64,000 nucleotides of DNA from Basidiobolus meristosporus CBS 931.73 (taxonomy: Eukaryota; Fungi; Basidiobolomycota): contig MCFE01000001.1 of the NCBI GenBank assembly GCA_002104905.1, positions 186,001 through 250,000 of the forward strand. Reading direction: 5' to 3'. The translations under genes were made by a program, and so were the position numbers. Under the pieces are notes generated by a model. It ran no database searches. It had not been told where the DNA came from and saw only the letters and a list, made by a program, of their open reading frames with translations. Below, piece by piece: positions 38,439-52,140 of the stretch (positions within the stretch are counted from its first letter, which is position 1; every line of letters begins with the position of its first letter).

Positions 38439-41400
38439 AGACTTGTTTTGTTGGATAGTGTCAAATAGTGCCAGCCTGTTTATAGTGCTGGATCAATCTG
38501 GCACCCTACAGCACTATCTGGCACTATAATTTCTACTATGATGCCAGTAGTACAACACAGTTACTGGAAATTTTACTCAATCTTACTTATGTTGCTCAGA
38601 GTAGTGCTTTCCTTGCTTTATTTACTCTTTATAATGCTCCAGACTCATTTCTCTCAGTGGATGTCTTGTATAAGCATACTGTGCATCAATAAGTATCTTA
38701 ACTACTTGACCTATTCTGCTGTTTTCTCCTATATATGACTTTCCTCTGTATCTACCTGCCAATATGCTGAATATCTTCAGATATCCAAATGTGTGCTCTA
38801 CCCTCACTCTGAAATGATTAAATATCTCATTGTAGAGCTTCTGCTTCCTGCTAAGCACATCATTCCTTGGCTTCCTATAAGCTGTAATACATCCTAATCT
38901 GTGACAATCCTCTCCCATATAGGCTAAGTTCGCCATACATTTCTCCCGTCTATGGAATTCAGGATGATTCTCTACCCAGAGTGCTTTGACATGCCTACTT
39001 CCAGCAAATGGTCCACTAAACCAGAAGATGTTAACCTCAATATCAGACAGTGCTTGAAACTTCACACAGTGTGCCTTGTACTTGCCAGAATAAAAGTGCC
39101 TCTGCCCTCTGGAAGGTCTGTTAATCCTCACTGGGAAGGTATTTAAAATACTCCTGGTATGGAACCTGTAGCTGAACACTCTGGGATATGGAAGTCTATT
39201 GGAGCTTCTGAACCTAGTATTCCACGCTTGCTATAAGTCATTCATACACTCTGCAAGGTGGTTCTCCATTGCTGTCAGCTGGGAATGAAAGCTTCTAGGA
39301 CTTTTGTTGCCATGGATGGTGGGATGAAACCTTGTAGGGCAATAGTGCTTGTAATAGCAGAGAAGCTTAACAAGGGATCTCCTTGTGTAGATTGGGGTAA
39401 ATGGTCCACGGTACTTGGAATAGATCTCCTCCAGTGTGTCAAAAGGAAATCCAGTGGCAGTGAACGGATTGATGAGAAAAGACCATTCAGATGAGTAAGT
39501 CATATTAAAATTGGTGGATGATTGTATGGGGGTGGTTTGAATTGATTCAGCATAATCTGCATTATTTATCTGATTTTTAATGCATTATGATTAAATCTTC
39601 ATCAATTGTCATGTATTCCATCATTATGTTGCAAAAATCTTCTGCAAACAATGCCTTGGTACTTTTATTGATGCTTTACTCATAGGTCTATAATCAAATA
39701 GGAAATCTGCAATTGATGTGATCTGATCTGTGTCAACACATTCCAAGATTCATCATGCATAATGTATGGAATATTTAACAATCACTTTAGTCTTCATATA
39801 TATTTCATATAAGACCAGATTGATGCCAATATACTGCTGTATAAGTATCCAAATCCATTCCTATAGTCCCCATACCAAGTCTCAACTCACCTTTAGTACA
39901 ACAGAGACAAAACCCATGCCCCAGCTCACAAGCACAGTCTGGACCAAAAAAGTCAATGTTGGATCCATTTGAGTTGTTGCCAAATGATTTTAGTATGGCC
40001 CAAGTGTCTATGATGAGCCTTCATACAGATATTTGGGCACTACTGATTAATCTAGCAGAACTAGATACCTCAGAGAGTCAACAAAGATGGAAGTATTTGA
40101 ATAGAAGCTGTGGCATGAGTTCTACATCAAGATGCCAGCCAATGTATGTAAGAAGATATATAACAAGACAAGTGTTGGAATCAAGAATGAGCTGAGAGTG
40201 AGGGGATTTGATGAAGAAGCCATGCGGGATCAATTTTGCGCGCAATTTGCACAGTACAGGCTGGACGCGTCTGTTTGTGCCTCAACTTTGGAAGCCAAAG
40301 AGATTTGGAATGAGTTTTTGCCTCAAATGACTATTGTACTACATGATATAGTAGTAGAGCTAAGTGGCTTCCAAGAGCAATATACACAGGACTCATCCAG
40401 GCAACAGCTCCAAAGTATCAGACAGAGAGTAAGTGAATACCTTGAGGAATCAGATGGTGAGCTTCAGGAGGAAGAATACAGACCAAAAGCAACATTGTCC
40501 AGATTGCGCCAGCATGCCTTACTGGATTCCTTGCCATCTCTTGCAACCACAGCGCACTGGCGCACATCAGTCCAGACTACGCCAACACCCTTTACCAGAA
40601 TGCCCCGCTGTGGTGGTGTATAAGTCCAAGGGAGAGATAGGTCCAACACTTCTCAAGTGTTTTGTGTGTGGGGTGTTCACTGGGTGCAATAACCTCTGGC
40701 AAAAGCTTGCTAGGAATACTTGGGTTCTGTCTCTAATCTAATGTGAAGGGGAATAAAGCCACAAGCTTGTCAAGGGAAAACTATTGAGCTACAATCCCCA
40801 ACTTAGTTGGTGTCTTAACAAAAGTATGTGCTGGGTTCAGTGTCCTTTGAGATGACAATGTACTAAAGCTTCCAAAGTCAAAACAACTGTAAACTCCACC
40901 AGCAGGGACTTGATAAGAATGCAGCTTTGGCCAATAGTTACAAAGACAGAAAAGTATCTTTTCCTGTACAAGAACAAACTTGGGAAAGAATCAAATATAA
41001 TAAAAGATACCTACTCTGAGTATTCCTCACAAGTAGTGCCTCCAAGGTCAGTTGGCTGTCAGCGCGGTTTCCTGGGAGTGTCCTGTGGTCTAGGGTTGGA
41101 AGTTCAGGTAGCAGCAGGTAGCAGTGATCACACTAATCAACAAGTTGGTATATTGATAAAAGGGATGATGATTTATTGTTGAGGGATAGCCTCCCTTATA
41201 TACTTTTCTCACTGGCTAAGTGATTACTAATCATGGTGTTCCAGAAGGTTCCAGAGACCAATAGAAATCTTAATGACATCAGAATGACCTAAGAATGTTC
41301 TAAGTAGGTGCCGGAAGGTTCTAAGAGGCACAGCACATCCAACCAATCAGGAAACAGTATTCTGAAACCTGTGTAACATAGGGATACCATATATGGTATG

Positions 41401-42925
41401 GAAATGGTAGGGATGGTGACACGGGCTGATCATGTGTCATGGGTACTGGCGCGGGTACTTGCCTAATATAGAAGTACTTATAGCTAGTAATCTTACATAA
41501 AGTGAGGGGTAACTTATGCAATAAGGTAAGCAGGTGTGATAGTCAACCGGCTTATGGGATAGTACTGATTGGGTAAGACAAATGGGATAAAACTAAAATA
41601 AGTGTAGTAGAGTTATAGGGAAGTAGAAAATAAGGGAATGAGCACATCTGTCAGTGGGTGTCACTGTCACCCCACTACACCGCATTGAGACAATGTGTGT
41701 TGGGTCAATGTGCATGCTTCAGAGCAAAACTACCAGAACTTGCCAAACTGCTCATTTAAACACAAGTCCATTGAAGCGGTCCAAGTTGTGTCAACATGCA
41801 GCATCACATCAAACTCAGCCAAGAGCCATCTCAACATGTCAAGTTGTGCCTGCACATGCCGTTTTGCCTGACCATCAGCAAGTTACTTCTGGTGAACTGA
41901 CTGATGATAACCAACATGAAGTGCCTCAACCACCAGAGCCCTTGGCAAGTAAAAGAACACGTCAGCGTGTGGCATTCCAGGCTGGTTCAGGTGGTTCAGA
42001 CGGAGCAATTCAGCGTGGCCATGCTGCAGCATTGCACTCATCAACTATGAGGCAAAATACTGACTACAAATACACAAGTAGCCAAGAAGATAGTCAGCCA
42101 GGAAGTAGTAAAGGTGTTCAGAGTGAGTCACTACCAAGTGCTTCAGTAGTAATCCCTGTAAGAAAAAAACCCAGGAGAAGATGATGCAATTGTTTTGAAT
42201 TGCTATTATTTGTAATGATCCTGGCAACCCATTTTTTTTGCATTCCAAATCAAGCCATTGCAAATCAGTGATCATTAAATTTTTGTTGTAAGTAGTATTA
42301 AGGTTGTCTCACATTTGAGACAGAACCCCTATAAACAATACCCTGCATATATATACATCATCTGTAATACTAGTGCAGCTATTGGATCTGTTTTGCACCT
42401 ACTCAATTGCTTGAGTGCTAGCTATGACATCTTGTCCAATCACTAGGATCAGGGATTTACTTGCTCAATGGGCAAAATAGGATATTTAATGGTGAATCAG
42501 GTAGCTTGTTTAGTAGTCAATGAGCCAATTGGGGGCTGCCAGCTTCAGGATACTTTTGGACCAATTAACCACTGAGATACCGTCCAATTGGAGTGATGGT
42601 AACCAAGATGGTAAGTATCATTGTAGTTTATAGTGTGATACACATTTATTTCCATTTACATTAAAGAAACATATCCAAATATTGGGTTTACCTGCTATAA
42701 TAGCGGTATCCAATTGCGCACATGATGCATACATTACAACTTGGCGCAATCATCTGTGCCAACCTCATTGTGTCAGATTGTGCCATAGTGTACAAGATTA
42801 TCCCACATAGTGCAAAATTGTCCAAGAACAATTCTGCCTACTGGTAGCAATAATATTGCACCCAATTACTCTTTACAACCACAGATTGTGCTGCGTGCCC
42901 TGACATGGTACAATGGAACAAGTCT
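38439..42925 (-). mobile_element. Family P copy P2, complete ends; transposase 38622-39486 (-), accessory ORF ~39766-42184 (+) split by LTR XY
   Basis: TIRs AGACTTGT/ACAAGTCT, TSD ATT (38436-38 / 42926-28); YSGKYKAHCVKFQ, RVRVEHTFG. Confidence 0.92.
40609..41679. repeat. Solo LTR, family XY (1071 bp)
   Basis: TGTGGTGG...CCACTACA termini; 4-bp TSD CCGC (40605-08 / 41680-83); absent from P1. Confidence 0.88.
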
Positions 42926-45823
42926 ATTGCACCTGCATTAATGTAAGATTCATTGATGACCTATCATAGTAAGCATCAAAAATAAAGTTGTGGCACCACA
43001 TACTCATGTATATGTAACACTATTTCTCCTTTGGTTTGACTTACTTCCATATATTTACCGCCAAAAAACAAAGCAAAGTTGTCTGGTTCCCAAGCAAACA
43101 TCACTGCTGATAGCAGCAGAAGAACAGTTGGACAACAGCTTGCTTTAATGTTCAGTGCAACAAGCAGGGCTACATCAAAAAAAGGTCATGTTGACTGTGT
43201 GCCCACTGAAGGTAATAATGCAGACTCCTCAGGCTCTCAGTCAAGTAGGCAATTTAGAATTTCCACCAAGCCACAAGCTCTCCATTATGGTCAGGCAAAT
43301 GAGTATGTAGCAAACACAGTACCCTCACTTGAAGACCAGCAAGTGGCAGTCATAATATAACCACCACCTATATTAGCAAGTATGTTGTCAGATCACACCA
43401 AAGCATTGATGAAGCAATTAGGTGCATTGGCTGACAGGATAGATGCAATGGCCCAGAGAAATCAGGAAATAGTCCAGAAACAGGATGAGTGGTAAATACG
43501 TGTAGAGCAATCTATATGCCAGGTAGAGAAAGCAGTATATTTGCTGCAAAGAAGGAACTCAGGTAGCTCAATGCCATAGCCAAGAACTGAGCCATTTCCT
43601 GGTGTAACAGCGGAGGAACACCATACAGTCTTTGAAGCACAACAATAGTGCCTAAAGATAAAGCCCACAGAACAGGCAATCACAGCATGGGAGGGCAACA
43701 GTGTGGTATTTATACTAAAGCCTAAGAATCAAAAGTCATTGAGGATCTGTGAAGCCATTGAGTGCAATAATGAAGAGTGGGCTAACATTCAAGAGGCCAT
43801 CAGAAGTCTAGCATGCCATCACCTTAAAGTTGGCATACCATAGGACCATCAGGAACTCAAGGTCAAGCAGAATGCACTTGACTTATTCCATGCACATTCT
43901 CCTGGTTTCCCAATGGGCAAACAGATTTTGGGCCAGCATTGGTATGCCAAGAGAGTATCTTAGAATAGCAAAAATCATCAAAGGCAGAAGAACAAGGGTG
44001 TCATGACTAAAAACCAGCAGCTTCCTCAAGAGCCAGTTACAAGCAGGGCCAAAAGCTTCAAGCAAGCTTCAAAGAGACATCAGGTAGCTGGAAGAGTGCC
44101 AATAAGGGACAAGCAGGCAGACACAGATGCAACAGCACAACATTTATAAAGGAAGAAGCCTAGTACCACTAAGGAACTCAGTCAAAGTAGCAGTGAAGGA
44201 CCTGGCAGTGATAAAAACCAGTGGCTTTTGCAGGAGCCCATCACCACTATGGCTGGGCACTTGAAATACACAGAAAAGAGACGTCAGGTTGCCAGAAGAG
44301 TGCTAGCAAGGGACAAGCAGGCCAAAACAGATGCATCCAAGTAGAATTTATCAAGGAGAAAATGTAGTTCATTACAAGAAGCACTCAGACAGAGTAGCAG
44401 TGAAAGACCTGGTAGTGATAGAGGAAAAGGTAAAGGGAAAATGTTCACCCAAGCCTGAGACAGGGAAGCATGCAAAGAAAACTGCAGCTCTTGCCAATTA
44501 ATGCCGCAAGCCCAAAACTGACTGAATCCCATCATAGCCAAGAAGACTACCAACAAGATTGCAGCTGTTTTGACAAGAGTTGGAAGTGCAGCCAGTTGAG
44601 TAACACTCCTGCAAGGTAGATGAGTTTGTAGAAAAGGCAATTTTTCTACTACAGTCTCCACATCCTCCATTGTTCATGGAGTAGAGATCCTATCAACAGA
44701 CAAGGCTACAACATCCAGAGCTCAAAAGATTATCACAATGCCTTCAGTGGAATTTTGGAGCATTAATTGGCAGACCAAGAGGTTGCAGCACTACTTCAAG
44801 AGCAGTGCTCAAGAAAATACACTTGGATATTCAATGGATTTACTGCAAACACTGGCAGATGAGGTGCTGGACCTTACAGTGCCAGCTAAAGACCAGGACA
44901 TGTGGGAACCTGTGAATGTACAGTGGCACAAAGCTGTGGGATCCCACCAAAGTCATGGAACCAGAGTGTTGCAGCAGAAATACCTATTGAGTGGTGGATT
45001 CTAATGGAGCTACTTGCTGAGTGTGGGGTTGGGCTTAATGTTAGTGTAGGGTTTGGGGACTTGTATAGTTCAATACAATTGGCAATTGAGGTATAACTGA
45101 AGCTTCAATGGAAATGAATCAATTTATATGCATGAGAAGTAAGAGAAACTGTTGAGTAAGTAAGTAAGGAGTGTGAAAAAAAGGCAATAGCCAATCAATG
45201 CACATATATATAGGAGGTGATAGAGTGTCCTGGATCCGAAAGTGAGCAAATTGGCAAGGAACCAATCAAAAGCCACTTATTTATTGTTGTGATGAGAAAT
45301 TAGACTACGTTTTGTGAAATTGGGGGAGCAATTATTTTTCAACAGTCTCTGCACAGTGTCCTGATGGGATCAGTACCTCTCAGTCACAGGACTTTAAATC
45401 TGCAATGGCCTTTTGATGGGATCATCTTGGTAATTTCTCTTAAGGTTTTGGTTGGCTGATAATTTACCTAACTACAAAGTTTGATTTTCCATCAGGGCCT
45501 GACACTCCTCAATTATTGCAGATCTCTAAAACTCTGACTGTGCGCCACTTTGGGCCTCTTTTACAGCTTGGGGCTTATCTGTATGGACTGAATAGGAATA
45601 GACCATGCATGTGTCATCACTAATAAATTAATATGGGCAATATTGGGTCTGGATGGTTCTGCTGGCTTGTGATACTGGAATGATCACTTCTGGGATATTC
45701 CTGGACACTGATTCAGGCGGCACCACAGTTGTAGAGCTCACTGGAGTCAAAAAGCGTCCATTGTTTTACACCGCTCCCTTTGTAGCTATTAGTAGACTTG
45801 AGATCAGGTTTATGTCATCAACT

Positions 45824-48800
45824 TGTTGTAAAAACTCAAAATTCCACCTAAATACTCATCTAACTTAGTCACTTAGATCATTACCTTCAAATCCAAGAGA
45901 ATACTGACAAAATTGCTTGTTGGGACTTACTTAGAATATTTTCACTAAAAATACCAGGTACCCAGAACATGGGAATTCTCAAAGTTGTCCAAATAGCCCC
46001 AAACCTTGAACACATGTTATTGGGACCTACCTTAACCTACTCAACATGTTGGTTATGCCAAGACCATGTAAAAGTATAAATGCTATGCTTACATTCAATA
46101 GATCATTGAGTGAAAACCATATAATCTACTTGTTGTCCCAAATCACTTCTAATATCTTGAAGACTCTTACTATAGGTTATGAGCCCCAAGCTATCACTCT
46201 CTGCAATGTCTACTACTGCTATTACTGGAATTTTTCCCTCTGTTGAATAGTTGGATGGATCCAACTACCAAGTGTGGAAAGTAACAATGAAGATGCTGCT
46301 GCAAGAAAGAGGCCATTGGGATATTGCCATGGAAGAAGAATGCAAAAATGGCAAAGAATGCCTGGAAGGCATTAGAAGACACCTACCAGTCATGTTCAGC
46401 TGCTAATAGAATGTGTCTGAGATGAAAATTCTTTACTACAAAGATGCTGCCAGGAGAAGAAATGAAAAATCTAATCAACAGAATTACCCCACTGGTGGAT
46501 GAGATGGAATCTGTGAGTGTAACAGCTACTCATGAGGATGTGATAGTAACCATCCTGAATAGCCTGACAGACAGTTTTCAGGTCCCTGTATTAGCCCTAG
46601 AGCTCAGTACTGAAGATATGATCTTAGATTACATAAATGGAAGGCTCCTGGATGAAGAGTTCAGAAAATCAAGCAGCAATAAAAAGGAAGAAGTCAATGC
46701 TTTAATAAGCAAAGATAACCAACAAAGAAGGTACCCAAGACCTTACAAAGGCAACAGCAGCCTGTTTTGCAACTACTGCAAAAGGACAGGACATACATCA
46801 GACCGGTGTCTCAAAAAGAGATCTAATCAGCTAAAGAAGCCTGAATATGGAAATGCAGCAACAACTGATGATAGACTATTCATATCTGTACTAAATATGG
46901 CCACAAACAAGGATTTTCAGTCATGGTTCATTGACTCTGAAGCATCTCAACACTTTACACACCAAAAAGAACTTCTTACCCAATATCAAGAAATTCATAT
47001 TAAAAAGGCTTTCATAAGTGACAATAGAACACTGATGCAGTGGGAGAAGGAACTATCCAAGTAAACCTTGGAAGCAGTGAAGGAAGCCATACACTGACCT
47101 TTCAAGGAGTACCTTATGTGCCAGAAATAGCCAAGAACCTATTATCTGTAAGCAAGACCCCTGCAGAAGGGCTCAGTTTCAGCTTTGACAATTCTGGATG
47201 CAAGATCACTGATCAAAATGGTGCCCATATTACTTTGGGTATCAGAGATCAGAATCTTTACAGATTGACTTATATTCCATCATACTTGGAAGCCAATATA
47301 AGAGACTTTAAAGAAGAAACACCAATGCTTTGGCACAGAAGATTTGGACACATCAATTTTGATTATTTGCGCTAAATGATCAAAGATCAGGCAATTTCCG
47401 GAGTAAAATCAATCTCCCAGCTAATTTGGAGCACTGTGAAGCCTACATACTTGGAAATCAAGCCAGACAACTGTTCAAGAGCTCTGGGCTAATCAAAACT
47501 AAGAAAAAATTAGATCTAATTTGCTCAGATCTGTGTGGACCTATGAAAAATTCATCCTTAGGTGAGATGAAGTATTTGGTCACTTTTATTTATGATTATA
47601 CAAGATACATGTGGGCCTACTTCATGGAGAGAAAGGAAGAAGCTCTGTCTAAGTTCAGGGGGCTTAAAGCCATGGTGGAGAGAGAAACTGGTAAAAAATC
47701 AAGAAAATATGCTGTGACAATGATGGAGAATACACCTTAAAACTCTTAATCCACATCTGCAAAATTCATGTGATAATATAAAAGACTACTGTACCATACT
47801 CACCACAGAAAAATGGAGCAATAGAATGTGCAAAGAGATCAAAAAATGATATGGCAAGGTCCTTGATCCATGGTCAAAATTTATCCCATGCTTTTTGGGT
47901 GGAATCAAACTTGAGACTTAGTCACATTACCAATTAACCAAAAATCACTTGGATGTAGATGGGTCTTTAAGACAAAGTATAAGGCTGATAGTACAATAGA
48001 AAGTCACAAAGCAAGACTTGTGGTCAAAGGATACTCTAAAACCAATGGACTTGACTATACTGAGACCTTTGGACCAGTAGCCAAGTTTGATTCCATTAGT
48101 TTGATATTGGCTACTGCAGCCAAATATAGGTTTTTTATTCATCAAATGGATGTAAAAACTGCATTCTGAATGAAGAACTTGCTGAGGATATGTATATGGA
48201 CCAGCCTGATTAGTTTGTTGACCAATACAACCCCCATTTGGTCTGCAAGCTTAAAAAATCTCTATATGGTCTTGAACAATCACCAAGAGCCTGGAATCGC
48301 AAGATAGATTCTTATTTAGAATCTCTGAGCTTCAAAAGAATTAATACTGACTATAGTATATACTATAAGCCAGATAGAGCAAATCCAGTTCTATTAGCTC
48401 TATATGTGGATGATCCTATTATAGCCACCAATGACCTGGAAACATTGGAAGAGACTAAATCCAGCCTATCTAAGGAGTTTGAGATGTCCAATTTAGGAGA
48501 AATCAGTTACTACTTAGGGATAAAGCTCTCCATATACAAATGTACCAAGACTATCCCCCTAAGCCAATCCAAGTATATTTAAGATATACTACAGAGGTAC
48601 CAAATGGAAGACTGTAAACTGGCAGCTACTCCAATGGAGACAAACCTACACCTGGTCAAAATGCAACTAAGTCAAGAGAGCTTGAGGCTATCTGAAAGCC
48701 CTGACTTTCCTTATCAATGTATGGCAGGCAGTCTGATGCATATTATGCTTAGAACACTTCCAGATATTACATATTTAGTAGAAGTTGTCAGCCAGCATAA

Positions 48801-49743
48801 TCAGAACTAAGGATCTGATCATATTGCAGCAGTTAAGCAGATTTTTAGATACCTAAAATGAACTGCTGATATCTGCTTAAGATACACTTATTAGTATTCA
48901 GAACAGGATCTTGTGGGATACTCTGATGCTGATTGGGGACAAAATGTGGAAGACAGGAGATCTATCACAGTATACACCTTTCTTTACTGTAAAGAAGCAA
49001 TTTCATAGAATTCAAGAAAGCAACCAACTGAAGCACTTTTCACCACAGAGGCAGGGTTTATGACAGCCTGTAAAGATACAAAAGAAGTAATATGGTTAAG
49101 AAAGCTTCTTACAGATTTGGGTCTATGTCAAAAAATGCCTGTTGCTTTATTTCAAGATAATCAGGGATGTATATAATTAGGTAGAAATCCAACTTTTCAT
49201 GCTAGAACTGAGCCCATAGATATTAGACATCATTTCATATGTGAAGCCATAGAGAATAACTTAGTTAGCTTAGTTTACTGTCCTTCAGAGCAAATGATTG
49301 CACACATATTTACCTCACCATTAGCTAGAGACAAGTTCAAATATCTTAGGTCAAAATTAGGACTAGTCAGTATGAGCATTTAGCTCAGTGGGAGTGTTGT
49401 AAAAAATTGTAATTCCACCTAAATATTTACCTAACTTAGTCACTTAGATCATTACCTTCAATTACTAGAGAATACTGACCAAATTCCTTGTTGGGATTTA
49501 CTTAGAATAATTTCTCCAAAATACAGGTGCCCAGAACATGGGAATTATTAAAGTTATGCAAATAGCCCCAAACCTTGCATGCATGTTCTTGGGACCTTCC
49601 TTAACCTACTCAACATGCTTGTTATGCCAAGACCATGTAAAATTATAAATACTACTTCTACATTCAATGGATCATTAAGTGAAAACCACATTATCTACCT
49701 GTCCTCCCAAATCACTTCTAATATCTCCAAGACTCTTACAACA
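45824..49743 (+). mobile_element. Copia C1-c, two LTRs (45824-46174, 49395-49743), internal deletion near 47940
   Basis: PBS GGTTATGAGCCC 46175-86; PPT CAGTGGGAG before 49395; gag, WFIDSEASQH, SDLCGP, LYVDD. TSD not matching (CAACT / GAATC). Confidence 0.9.
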
Positions 49744-51322
49744 GAATCTTTGGTTCTGGACTCTAGGCCTGATACAAGGCCCTTACCACACATCTGATGC
49801 AATTTTCTGTGAGAATTTTGAGTTTTCATCAAACAACATATCCCTGGACTTGATCAGCATCTTTGCTTGGATATTATAGAGTCCATATGCTTTACTCTCA
49901 TTGCAGTAGCACAAAAATATATATTTTGCACTCTTTGGCTCAAATTTTGCCTGATTACTGAGTAATTTCTTGGCATATGCTGCACACCTAAATATTCTTG
50001 GTTGTTGTGCACTTGGTCTGTATACATACCATGCTTCAAATGGAGTAGAATTGCAAAGTATTCTGCCATAACTTCTATTTTTAAGATATAAAGCTGTGGC
50101 ATCTTAATTTGGCCAAAATCAAAGGATAATTTTTGATCATGAATCACAAATCTTGCCATATGAATTATTGATTTGTTTACATGTTCTGCTAGTCCATTTT
50201 TCAGTGTGGAGTATGGTACAGTAGTCTCTTGCTTTACCCCATGAATTTGCAGAAGTGGATGAAGAGTTTGAGGTATATTCTCCACCATTGTAAGAGCATA
50301 TTTCTTGATTTTTTCACCAGTTTCTCTCTCTACTATGGCTTCAAGCTTGCTCAGCTTAGACAGAGCTTCTTCCTTTTCTCCATCAAGTATACCCACATGT
50401 ATCTTTCATAATCATTGATAGAGATGATTAAATACTTCATCCAGCCTAAGGATGAATTTTGCATAAGTCCGCACAGATTGGAGTGAATTAGATCAAATTT
50501 TTTCTTAACTTTGATAAACCCAGAGCTCTTGAACAGTTGCAGGGCTTGATTCCCATATATGCAGGCTTAGAGTGCTCCAAATTAGCTGGGATATCAATTT
50601 TACCCCAGAAATTAGCTGATCTTTGATCATTTTTACAAATAATCAAAATTAATATGCCCAAATCTCCTGGGCCAAAGCATTGGTGCTTCTTCTGTTAAGT
50701 TACTTATATTGGCTTCTAGATGTGATGGAATATAGGTCAACTTACGCAGATTCTGATCTCTGATACCCCAAGTAATATGAGCACCATTTTGATCAGTGAT
50801 CCTACATCCAGAACTGTTGAAGCTGAAACTGAGCTCTTCTGTTGTGGTCTTGCTTACTTATAGTAGGTTTGTGGCTGTTTCTGCTACATAGAGTACTTCT
50901 CTAAAGGTAAGTGAGTTGCTCCCTTCACTGCTTCTAAGGTTTACCTGGATAGTTCCTTTTCCCACTGCATCAAGTGTTTTATTGTCACTTATGAAAGCCT
51001 TTTCAATATGAATATCTTGATACTAGGTAAAAGGTTCTTTTTGGAATGTAATATATTGAGATGCTCTAGATAAAATATGCCATATTTGAGGATCCTTGTT
51101 TGTGGTAATATTTAGTGCAGATATGAATAGTCTATCTTCAGTTAGTGCAGCGTTCCCATATTTTTGCTTTTTCTGCTGGCTATCTCTCTTTTAGAGGCAC
51201 CAGTCCAATGTGTGTTCTTTCCTTTGCAGTGGTTGCAAAACAGGTTGCCATTGCCTTTAAATGGTGTTGGATATCTCCTCTGTTGGTTATCATTGCCTAC
51301 TAAAGTATTCTCCACTTCCTTT

Positions 51323-51692
51323 TGTTTTAAAAATCAGAAACTCCACCTGAATATTCACCTAACTTAGTCACTTAGATCATTACCTTCAAATCCTAGTAAA
51401 TACAAACCAGATTCCTTGTTGGAATATTTTCACCAAAATACCTTGTTTACTTAGAATTTTCTTACCAAAATAACAGGTACCCAGAATATGGGGATTCTCA
51501 AAGTTGTCCAAACAGCCCCAAACTTTGGGCCCATGTTCTTGGGACCTTCCTTAACCTATTCTCTGTGGTTTTTATGCCAAGACCATGTAAAAGTACAAAT
51601 ACTACTTTTACATTCAATAAATCATTAAGTGAAAACCACATAATCTACTTGTCCTCCCAATCACTTCCAATATCTTCAAGACTCTTACAATA
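51323..51692 (+). repeat. C1 solo LTR
   Basis: TSD CCTTT on both sides. Confidence 0.9.
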
Positions 51693-51744
51693 CCTTTGGG
51701 TTGGTGCTTGACTTTCTTAATTCTTCATCCAGGTGCCATCTATA

Positions 51745-52094
51745 TGTTGCAATATTCTGAGGAGTATTGGAAGTCATGTGGAGAACTAGAGGATTTACAT
51801 GTTATTCACTTGTAGGTTTATTGATCAAAAGTGTGGTATATATACTTATAGATAAAGTAGAGCAAGCAAACATGTAGAGCTTGCTAAGGAAGGTCTCAAG
51901 AGTATGTGTGCAAAGTTTGGGGGCTTTTGGACAACTTTGAGAATTCCCATGTTCTGGGTACCTGGTATTTTGGTGAAAACATTTGAAGTAAATTGCAACA
52001 AGAAATTTGATCAGCACAGAATGCTAATCAAGGAATAAGATCTATGTGACTGAGTTAGCAGGAATATTTAGGTGACAACTTAATAATTACTACA
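51745..52094 (-). repeat. Diverged C1-type solo LTR
   Basis: TGTTG...TACA; TSD CTATA on both sides. Confidence 0.88.
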
Positions 52095-52140
52095 CTATAT
52101 ATGTAACTTAAGGTCAAATATTCAGTTTTGAACTCTAAGG

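Larger units (their letters stand above)
38044..45445. mobile_element. Family B copy B4: deleted transposase remnants (38044-38438), ORF2 (+) ~43050-45120, terminus at ~45445; hosts P2
   Basis: Collinear with B1/B5; P2 sits at the GAGAC-ATT-GCACC site that is empty in B1 (7836-38). Confidence 0.85.
45446..52140 (-). mobile_element. Copia C1-d internal relic (gag to RT start), host of C1-c and two solo LTRs
   Basis: Minus-strand homology to C1 gag, integrase (PYSTLKNGLAEHVNKS) and linker at 45446-45823, 49783-51322, 51698-51744 and 52100-52140. Confidence 0.8.

Noticed and set aside
41150-41653. Separate nested LTR inside 40609-41679
   Set aside because: No convincing TSD, and the same junction exists in the copy at 20121-26020.
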